This document shows, piece after piece, positions 10,101-19,000 of a stretch of 64,000 nt of DNA. The stretch lies in the IMG/VR virus record IMGVR_UViG_3300036985_002638, positions 9,845 through 73,844 of that record; one strand, given 5' to 3'. Origin of the DNA: a virus. Both the position numbers and the translations under genes were made by a program. The notes under the pieces were generated by a model. The model was not told where the DNA came from. It searched no databases and was given only the letters and a program-made list of their open reading frames with translations. Within the stretch, counting starts at the first letter, position 1, and the number at the start of each line of letters is the position of its first letter.

Positions 10101-11471
10101 GCTAAAAAGAAAATAGCTGGAGAATTGTCGTATTCAAATGCAGGTAAATCTAAAGCATTAGATGAGGATTTATTAAAAAAAGACGCTAAAAATTTTTACG
10201 CTAAACGATTAATTGAATCTATTAACAATGTAGAGATTGCTAAATTAAAACCTCAAAATTTTACTAGAGAGCAAATTGATAATTTTAATAAAGATGTTGA
10301 GTTATATAAAAGAAAATCTTTAGATGTTGACGATGCTATTAAAAATGGTGGGATGAAATTGGTTAGAGAGAGAGATGTTTATAGAGATTTATCTAAAACG
10401 AAACCAAGCAGCTCTGCTAATACGTCTGACGCAATTATTTCTGAAACTAAAAATAAAAGCGATGTAGTAACTCCTAAAACTAATTTAGAGACTGCGCCTA
10501 AATTAAAACAAAGTGATAAGACTTATGAAGAATTAATTAAAAAACCTGTTAGTTATGTAGGTACTCCCGAAGCATGGAAAAAGGCTGTAGATGATTCTAT
10601 TGCTAAAGGAGACACTATTCCAAAAGGAGGAGTTCCTACTACTAAACCATCTTTAAAAGCACCTAAAGTAACTACTTCTAAAGTAACAGTAGATAATTTA
10701 CCTACTAAGGATTTATCTTTACAAGGATTAAAACAAGATGCTGAGTTAAAGGTTGCTAATCAAGCTGCTATGCAAGAGGCTTCTATTGCTAATGCTCCTA
10801 CAAGACAAGCTGTTATAAACGATGCTAATGTAACAAGTAATGAAAATTATTTAGCCGCGAAACCTAAATCTAAAAACGCTTGGGCGGATAAATTAAGTAA
10901 CATAGACCCAACTGCATTTGTAGGAATAGGACAAGCAGCATTAGGATTAAATATGCTAGGTAAAGAGAAAAGACCTATTGATAAAGCTGTAATAGACCCA
11001 ACATATAATGCTGCTGTTAACCGCGCTCAACAAGATGCTTTATTCGGATTAACTCCTGAGCAAAGGTTTATGGCAGAGCAAGATATACAAGGAGGATTAA
11101 ACGATGCTAAATTCGCAGGATTAAACTCTAGTGCATCAGGTTCATTTAATCTTAACAGAGCTGCTATTAACGATGCTTGGAGAAACAAATTAGGCTTAAA
11201 ACAAGCGGATGCTGAGATGAGAATGAATAAACAAAAGTATGCTGATGTAATGGCGGGGGATAGAGCTAGTATATTAGCTGGTAATAGAAGACAAGCTTTT
11301 AAAGACTCTATGGATGCCTTTCAGCAAAAACAACAAGCAGGAAGTGAATTAATAGGCGCAGGACTAGCTAATACTATTGGAGCTTATAGATTTAGACAAG
11401 ACCAACAAGCTAGATTAAAAGCAGACGAGGCTAGAGGATATAGTTTAAATAATTATAACCCTACAACGTAA
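7131..11471 (+). CDS. Large virion ejection/cargo protein
   Basis: 1446 aa, low complexity, repeated (Y/F/K)A(D/K/A)GG motifs, Gly/Ala-rich amphipathic segments; first of three large genes after the muzzle gene. Confidence 0.55.
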   Translation: MPEDKGKSVKAPKSKSNDDFAPQLVKSKSEIPKNAVLKIDSDGGEYWEVETKHEETKKKMYPPSSGKKRTGTPRKKDPEKSSTFGSTIQRYKLPPPEVIPPKQTGLYGGISTYEKIDPAAQWGADYGITTFTFPDEYGRYTNTSRTTNIDKEGNEIAYDLANPLNSFKDGKFTPTLTGRTIDDVRNEWSLVGMSKPTDYSGNKANPDYKGSLMMPGTKATRVAGGGGGEFNQRNIANVPNALDKVPIGYIEQKYDTQGNPIVTPNVGVQMDTKNITPLRKGEMEVGRMYNIENPIEIKGKFAKGGIVSKIKGYYDGGPVYNPNMNIDGTYGDSNSSYKPIDTFGSGVVGMNDQYTAQNNMQAKKAIDENKKKANQQKARNVANGIGEGMGGIGSAYYNSQPAQNEGESARNAGLAAASQMGPIGGMIGGIAAIGDKIGKPIRNRSEKVDASGELLDEGKAKRNAAIGITFSPSKRLTYEGGLTDVTGQKYIDSIENKTKSQLAEVNAANTASKQQQAILARNNQEENPTLTNPYDLTGATFDKNQNMILADGQQFDKNRPMMNKGGIVGKIKNMYADGGEIKGKGTAKSDSIMAEVKEGSFVVPAENAELAKGIRKLYLKAPNKKANLKQEEGEAVKLSNGEHLFTPEENEYLESIGIELEDLAPNSEENNEEMIMGGMLKRADGGLVEGEGDPLIPYSKSIVPLVNKKDSAAFQTGYMEANPRNTIVDKYGNVAYPSGLLKSGSEMMKEVSESNKKFALEMNSPEKAGMYAAYLANQEKYKKGVSAGMNLTNQDVIDIAKDKIEGYSFPIDRLSPVDQKRIQKAMVDLGTSKKADGGKIMAPKIKKYAAGGDVVDGEPEIKTSKIEGRRNSTGNKDFDTQIDELSKKEYSKVEDVKSDIDKLQSLQEKYSSLYGKNSEEIALTIQKLHKTVPVVEKNESNYKRDSEINKNIELDKKELKEMGASDAQIKEYETEATTGNNKYFDKYRNEAKKKIAGELSYSNAGKSKALDEDLLKKDAKNFYAKRLIESINNVEIAKLKPQNFTREQIDNFNKDVELYKRKSLDVDDAIKNGGMKLVRERDVYRDLSKTKPSSSANTSDAIISETKNKSDVVTPKTNLETAPKLKQSDKTYEELIKKPVSYVGTPEAWKKAVDDSIAKGDTIPKGGVPTTKPSLKAPKVTTSKVTVDNLPTKDLSLQGLKQDAELKVANQAAMQEASIANAPTRQAVINDANVTSNENYLAAKPKSKNAWADKLSNIDPTAFVGIGQAALGLNMLGKEKRPIDKAVIDPTYNAAVNRAQQDALFGLTPEQRFMAEQDIQGGLNDAKFAGLNSSASGSFNLNRAAINDAWRNKLGLKQADAEMRMNKQKYADVMAGDRASILAGNRRQAFKDSMDAFQQKQQAGSELIGAGLANTIGAYRFRQDQQARLKADEARGYSLNNYNPTT

Positions 11472-11541
11472 CCTTTTAAAATAACTTACGTTAAACAAGT
11501 ATTAATAATGATGATTAAAATAATCAACGAATGAATTAAAA

Positions 11542-11568
11542 GTAGGAGTAGAAATATTCCTATTTTTT
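11542..11568 (+). terminator. Intrinsic terminator
   Basis: AGTAGGAGTA-GAAA-TATTCCTATT followed by a T-tract. Confidence 0.6.
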
Positions 11569-11619
11569 GTTTATAATGAGTTATAAAATTTTATATCTTT
11601 AACAACAAATATTTTACAC

Positions 11620-13044
11620 ATGGAATGGGGAACAGCTAAAGGACTCGCGGTAGATTTAGGATACGACCAACGTATTGCTGACGCTAGATTTCAAGATCAA
11701 CAAATGAAACGCGCTCAAGCTGAGAATACGGCTGAGTTAAAAGCATTTGAGGATGACTTAGATTACATGAATGCAGCCAACTCTTATGACTATAATCTAA
11801 TTAAGGGAGAGGCTGATAAAACAATTCGAGAGATAGGAACTATAATTAGAGATAATCCTGACTTTAGATATAATCCTAATGTAAGAAGACAAATTAACGA
11901 GAAGAAAAAATACCTTAAATCTAATCAAAACGTTATTAGAGGAATGGCATCAGACGAGTCTTTTAAAAGATTAAATGATGATTTAGCTAAAGTAGCTAAG
12001 AATCCTAATCAATATGATGCAGGAGCTTACCAAGAGTTACTTGCTAAGAAACAAAACTATTTAAAGTATGGACATCAAGACGGACAAGAGGCTGCTGCTA
12101 CTTATGGCCCACAAGCATTTGTTTATGATAAACCTGAAGACTTTATTGATTTGCCAACAACTGCAATAGAAGTAGGTAATAAATATCGTTCTGATAAATA
12201 TCAAAAAGACGGAAATGGCGGATACCACCAATTAGTGGATGATGCTACTTTACGTCCATTAGCAGAAAATTTATACAGACAAAGAAAAAGACAATTCCAA
12301 GTTCAAAATGGAGTTAAAACTGACGAAGAAGGAATACAAGCGGCTGCTGATATGATAAGAGCAGGTATTAAATTAGAACGTAAGTTTGGAGAGCCTAATC
12401 ATGCTTTAATAGCAGCACAATGGAAGCGTAAGATGGATATGGAAGATGCTAAAGGAGGCTCAGGAAGACCTATTGATACATATAATAAAATGATTAGAGA
12501 TGAAGGCTCTTCTTATCCTGGCGCTGAAAACTTAACTAAAATGATTGGAGTTAAACCTACTGTTAAGATTTATGATGTTGACGGAAATTATGTAAAAGAC
12601 GAGAGTGGACGTGAGTTTATTCCTATAGGAAGTTATGTAAGGTCTAATGATGTAGTTAGAGTAAAACCATATATGAATAAAGAGGGTAGAATGACTCAAT
12701 ATGCTAAAGGTTCAGATAAAGGAGTTGGAGTTATACACGGTTATTCTGTTTATTCTAAAAAAGAAATGGATGAATTGGGGTGGCTAGATGAGCCTTCTAT
12801 GAAAAAGAATATTGAAGTTTCTTATGAAAGCGGTAAAGACAAAGAGCCTGTTTATAAGGTAAAAACACAACACGTATTTGACCCTGAGAAAAATCAAGCT
12901 TATGCTTTTAAATTAAATAATGCGGTAGGTGAAACTTCTAAACAAATAGGAGAAATGGGTGATGTTGAAAATATACCTAGAAGAAAAGTTTACCAAAACG
13001 GAATAGAATATACTTTAAATCCACAAACAGGACAATACGAATAG
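11620..13044 (+). CDS. Putative ejection/cargo protein
   Basis: 474 aa, helical and charged, between two large cargo genes. Confidence 0.45.
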   Translation: MEWGTAKGLAVDLGYDQRIADARFQDQQMKRAQAENTAELKAFEDDLDYMNAANSYDYNLIKGEADKTIREIGTIIRDNPDFRYNPNVRRQINEKKKYLKSNQNVIRGMASDESFKRLNDDLAKVAKNPNQYDAGAYQELLAKKQNYLKYGHQDGQEAAATYGPQAFVYDKPEDFIDLPTTAIEVGNKYRSDKYQKDGNGGYHQLVDDATLRPLAENLYRQRKRQFQVQNGVKTDEEGIQAAADMIRAGIKLERKFGEPNHALIAAQWKRKMDMEDAKGGSGRPIDTYNKMIRDEGSSYPGAENLTKMIGVKPTVKIYDVDGNYVKDESGREFIPIGSYVRSNDVVRVKPYMNKEGRMTQYAKGSDKGVGVIHGYSVYSKKEMDELGWLDEPSMKKNIEVSYESGKDKEPVYKVKTQHVFDPEKNQAYAFKLNNAVGETSKQIGEMGDVENIPRRKVYQNGIEYTLNPQTGQYE

Positions 13045-13046
13045 TT

Positions 13047-16000
13047 ATGCCAGAGAAGCCAAAATTTAATCCTAACGAGCCATATAAAACTGTAAATACA
13101 GCTAAACCTGCTTTTGACCCTAATCAAGACTTTAAAGTAATTGATGAAGGTAGAACTTTCGATAGAGATAGTAATGTAGAGTTACCTAAATACACAACTC
13201 CTCAAGATTTAGAGATAGATAGTACATTGAATTTTATCCAAGAAAATTCTCTTCGGACTATGCGTGATGATGAAAAGGATATATTGAAAAATATGATGAA
13301 AAATCCTTTGACTTCTAAGGAGGAATTATCAGATGCTATAGTGACTCTACAAGGTAAAAAAGCAAAACAAATAGATAATAGTTGGACAACACCTGATTAT
13401 TACATGAAACGTGATGAAAAGAGTGGTAATTATAAACCTATTGCATTAGAACAAGGAGAGAAAATACCTGTTGGATACCACGCTGCTAGTATTTGGGGAA
13501 CTAAAGAATCTGCTAAAGATGATAATGCTTGGCAAGATATAGGAAAGAGTTTAGCTAATGGAGTATTCGGATTAATGGGTGGAGTTGTTGACGTTGCTCA
13601 ATCAGGATATGAGTTAGTAACAGGAGATGAATCTGAAACTTTAAGAAGCGGAAAAAATGCAATAGAAGGATTAAAATTTGAAAAAGATGCTGATTTAGAT
13701 AGACCTGTTTATAACATGGAAGGTATAACTAAATGGGCTGACTTATTAGATAAAGATAGATTTGATTTTAGTCCACAAGCTTTATGGGGTACGTTTAATT
13801 CAACAGCCGAATCATTAACAGAATTTGGATTAGGTTCATTAACAGGAGCTACATGGTTAAAAGGAGCTAAGGCTTTAAAGTATGGCTACAAAGGAATAGA
13901 TAAGGCTTTAGATTTAGGTAAAGCAGGAAAACTAGGCGCAATATTTACAGGAAGTTTCTTCACTAATATCGGAGAAACTAGGGATGCTGCTGAGGAGGCT
14001 GGGTTAGAAGGTAGAGATAAGGGTGCTGTTTCATTAGGAATTGCTACTGTAAAATCTGCTATTGACGCTGCTTTTGGTTTAGAAGGTAAGATTATGTCTA
14101 ATGCTTTTAAGGCTAGTGAAAGAGAAGTTTTTAAAAACTTAATCAAAAAAGCTGAAAAAGATGCTGTAACAGGGTTGATTACTCCTAATGGGTTTAAACA
14201 ATTAATGAAGGAGGCTAGTCTTGAATATTCTACTTTAGCAAAAGTTGGTTCAAAAAGTGGACAAGTTGTTAAGGATATGATTGAAGAGGGTAGTAATGAA
14301 GTTGCTACTGATTTTGCTCAAAAAGCAGGTGAACAATTATGGGATAAATTAACTCCTGATGAGAGAGGGCAATTTGGAACAGATGCTTTTGATGCTAAAT
14401 CATTTGGTAGTTATGCTAATAGTTTTACTCAAGGAGCTATTAGTGGAGGAATGATGTCTATTCCATCTCAAGTATTAAAAAACAACCACGATAGACAATC
14501 TATTAATGCTTATGAGAGAGTTAAGGAAGGTCCAGAAGCGGTTAATGCTTTAAGAACTGACTTAAATAATGCTTTAGATAAAGGAGAAATAACTCCATCA
14601 GAACATGAGCAAGCTAATTTTAAAATAGATGCCTACAGTAAATATAACGAAGAAACTAAAGGTGTTAATTTAAAACCTGAAAATGAAAAGAAGGCATTTG
14701 AATTATCATTCCAAATACAAGGGCTTAAAACTGAAATACCAACTAATGAGAATGAAATCTCTAAGCTTGATCCAATTGCTAGGGCTAAAGTTGAGAGTAA
14801 ACAGAAACAAGCTAAAGAACTTCAATCTGAATTAAATGATATTATCCGCCAAGGAGAAATCAAAGGTGAGCCTGTTATTCCTAAGAAAGAAGAAGAGCGT
14901 ATTCAAAAAGAAAAAGAAAAGGAGATTAAGGTAGAGGAAACTAACTCAAAGTTGAGTCAAGAAAAGGAAGTTGAAAAAGCTAAAACAAGACAACCTGATA
15001 TTGAAGGTTTAGGTAAAGAGAAAGTAATTACATATCCTAAACTTGAAAATAAACCTTATTGGAAAGACGATAAAAGAACTTATGAAGAAATAGATACAGA
15101 AGAATTTAATAACCCTTCTACTGATGCGCGGACTATTCATAGAGTTGTTCGTAAAGAAGCTTATAATAAACCTAACAGAAAACTATTCGGAAACTTAACT
15201 AAGAGATTATATTCTTACATTAATGATGAAGGAGATAGAATGAAGGGTGATGTTATAGAAGTTACTATGGAAGATGGTAAAAAGATTCGTGTAGCATCTT
15301 CTAAACAAGAATTTAAAGATGAAAATGATAAGACTGTAAGATGGGATGATATTTTTAGAAGACACTTTAGAAGTGAAAGAACGCAAGGGAATGAAGAAGG
15401 ATTACCTGTAGGTATCCGCGCAGTTGATTTGAATAATCCTTTGAATGAAGATAAAGGACCTGATTATAAACCTGGCAAAATAGCTTTAAAAGTATTTGAT
15501 GCTAGAACGGGTAAGTTTTTATCATGGGCTAAAGAAACTAAAACAGGTAGTGCGGAGTCTTTAGATAAAGCAGGGAATGAATTATATACAGCAGAGCAAA
15601 AGGATTTACTTAAAACCTTAGAGCAACAGATGTATAACGAAAATCCTGAAGGTGGTGATGTTATAGAAAGACTTACTAAACCAAAACCTAAACCAACTCC
15701 TACAGATTTAAAAGCTCAAAAAACTGATATAGAAAGAAGAAATAAAGAAACAGAGTCTAAAATAAAAAATAAAGAGCTGTTTTTAGCAGAGTATGATGAA
15801 AAAGGAAACAAAATAGGGGAAAGTGTTGGTGAAATGATTTCCCAAAGTAGTGCAGCTCCTATTGCAACATCAGTAAGAGAGCAAGATGGTTTTGAATTTG
15901 TTGAATTTTCAAATCCACAAACAGGGCAAGTTGATGTAATTGTTTCAGGAGATACAAAAGGTAATTATGTAGGTTTTTACAGATTATATGAAAATGGTAA

Positions 16001-19000
16001 ACCTACAAATAAATGGAGTTCTAAAATGAACTCTAAAAGTAAAACTGCTTTTAAAACAATGATTTCTGGTGTGCAAGAAATGTTACCACAAAATCATGAA
16101 TATTCAGAAAAAACTTCAATATCTACAGATGGTTTAAGGGTTTGGAATCAACAATTACAAAGAGGGTACGAGTTGCAATACGATAGCAATGGTGATTTAA
16201 TAACCGATGCAGTAGCTATAAACGGAGATGCTTTAGTAAATGAATTAGGTATTGATGTAAATGAGGGTAATTTCGATAATATATCTGTTACTTCTAAAAA
16301 ACAATTTGAAACAGTAAAAAAAGCTTTATTACCATACTTAGAAAAATTTGGATTAAATGAATCTAATATTAGAAATGTAAGCGGTACAGTAGAAATAGAT
16401 TTGCCTGTTTTAAGAAAATCTAATACAACACAACCTACTACACAAACATCTAATCAATCTGAAATAGAAGCTAAGAAAGCTGATATAGAAAAAAGAAGTG
16501 GATTAAATGGTGTGGAAGAAATAATATTTTCAAATCCTAATTTTAGGCTTGAAGGTTTTGAAATAGATGGTAATTATTGGAATGTAGTAACATCAACAGA
16601 CAGAGCTAAAGTTCTTGTAAATATAAATGGTGTTATTGTACCTTTTTATTTGACAACAGGGCAAGCAGGTAAAGGACTTGTTCCAGGATGGTATCCGTTT
16701 TTTGGAATAGGTAAAGATGGTTGGCTTAATAAAACAGATAAGTCTGATATGGAGACTTATTATGAAAGATACTGGGGTAAAGAAACAGCAGATATTGTAA
16801 AATCTATATCTGAAGAGTTAAATGGTTTTTATGGTACAGACCCTTCTGCTTTTAAAAATGATGGAGATCCAAATGCAACTTCAAGACCTTTAACTACTTT
16901 AGCAGATAAAGTAGAGGATTATATTAATTCAAAATTAAATTATACCCCTGCAATTAATAATGCAGATGCAAGAAAAACTTTAAGAAGTAATGTAGAACAA
17001 TTAGGTAAAGAAATCAATGCTAAATATGATGCAGAATTAGCTGCTTTAGAAGGTACAACAACTACTACAGAGAAAGCTAAAGTAGCTACTGAGAAAATAG
17101 TAGAAGAAGGTAAAGCTAAAGTTGCAGAACAAAAAGCATCAGTACCATTAACTATTACAAAAGCAGTAAAGCAACAATTATATGACTTAGGATATAGTAA
17201 GGTTAATGTGGATAACATGAAGCCTGAAAGAGCATTAGATATTATTAATAAACAAGAAACAAACAAGAAAGAAGTTATTTCAGAAAAGGAATCTACTAAA
17301 AAAGAACCTGCTGCTAAAAAAGATAGTTCAAGTCTTAGAAGAAAAATAACAGGTTACAATCAACTAAGTAGTGATGAAAAGAAATCTGACTTTGGTGTTA
17401 ATCTTAGAAAAGAAATTCAAAAAGAAGTTGAGGAGTTCGGAGGTTCACTTAAACCTTTGCTTAAAGGTAAAATACAATTATTAGATAGCGAAGGTAAGCA
17501 AGTAAAGAAAGCTCCTATAAAAAGAAAACAATCTGTTATAGATGCCGAGAAAGCTATTGCTAAGAAAAGAAAAGATGCTTTAAGTACTAATCCAACTACT
17601 CCTGAACAGTATATAGCTATGGTTATAGGTTCTAAGGGACAATTTAAAGAAAGTGTAGTTGGAGAGATTCCTGATGTACCTTCAATGATGAAGGATTTTA
17701 AAAATGGATATACATTAGAATCATTGTATCAAGGGTATCAAGAGAAGTCTGGGTTTTATGATATTAATGAAGATGATTTTAACTCTAGGGCTAATTCTTT
17801 TTTAAGTGATTATTTAACAAAAGGAGGTAGAGATTTAGCTATTGATTATGCTGTTGAAGCTTACGAGAGAGAAATTAATGATGGATATACTGATAAAGAG
17901 ATAGCTGAAATGGTAGCTTATGGCGAGAGTTTAGGGCTGACTGAGAATGAAGTTGTTGTAATAGATGAGTCTGTGCAAAACTTAAATGAAGAAGAAGTAA
18001 CTGAATTAGAAACTAAAATAGAAAACACAAATGAAAAAGACAGAAACGAAGAATCAGCAAACAAAATCATCCAAAACATTGCAGGAGAGGAAGGAAGCAA
18101 TAAAAGTCCATTTGATGAAATGGAAAGCGAACAGGACAGTGAAGAAGGAAAAGATATAATTAAAGGAGAAGAAGGCGCTGAACCATTCCAAAAAGTATCT
18201 CAACGTAAAGGAGATTTCCAAAAAGTATTTGAAAAAATACAAGCTAACTTTAAAGGTATTACAGTAGTTGAGGATGCTAGTAAATTTAAAGGAGAGCAAT
18301 CTACAGTTGCAGGTAAGGTATCAGCGGATGGAAAAACTATTTACATTAATCCTAACTACGCAGGATTAGATACTCCTATCCACGAGGCAGGACATATCTT
18401 AATTGACGCTATGGGATATAATAATAGAATTATACAGGCGGCTATTAAGCAATTAAGAACAACTCCTTTATACGCAGAAACTAAAGAACGTTACAAAGAA
18501 TTATCTGAAAGTGAATTAGATAAAGAAGTATTAGCAGAAGCAATCGGAAGAGAAGGTGCTGACATCTTTGATAAAGTAGAAGATAGAAGTAAATTTAAAG
18601 CTTACCTAGATTATATATTTGATTGGTTGAAGCAGAAGTTAGGTTTAGATAAGAACGTAGCTAAGAGCCTTGCTAAACAGATAATTGGAGGTGTTAAAAC
18701 TAAAGAGTTAAAAGGTGTTGCTACAGGTAAAGAACAATTACAGAAGGATAAGAAAAAACCATTTGCGGACCAAGCATTAAAGTATAATCAATATGCAACA
18801 GCAGAAGGTTTTGATGCTCAGAAAGAATTTGATAAATACGAGCAAGCTACTGTAGAATTAAGAGAGGTAAAAGAAGATGAGAAATTAGCTACAATAGCCG
18901 CCGATGAAGCTGTTACAGACGAAGAAATTAAGTCTGCCGATGCTGAGTTAGAAAAACAAAGAGCCTTATTAAAAGAAGCTAGTAAAGAGTTTGCTATTAA

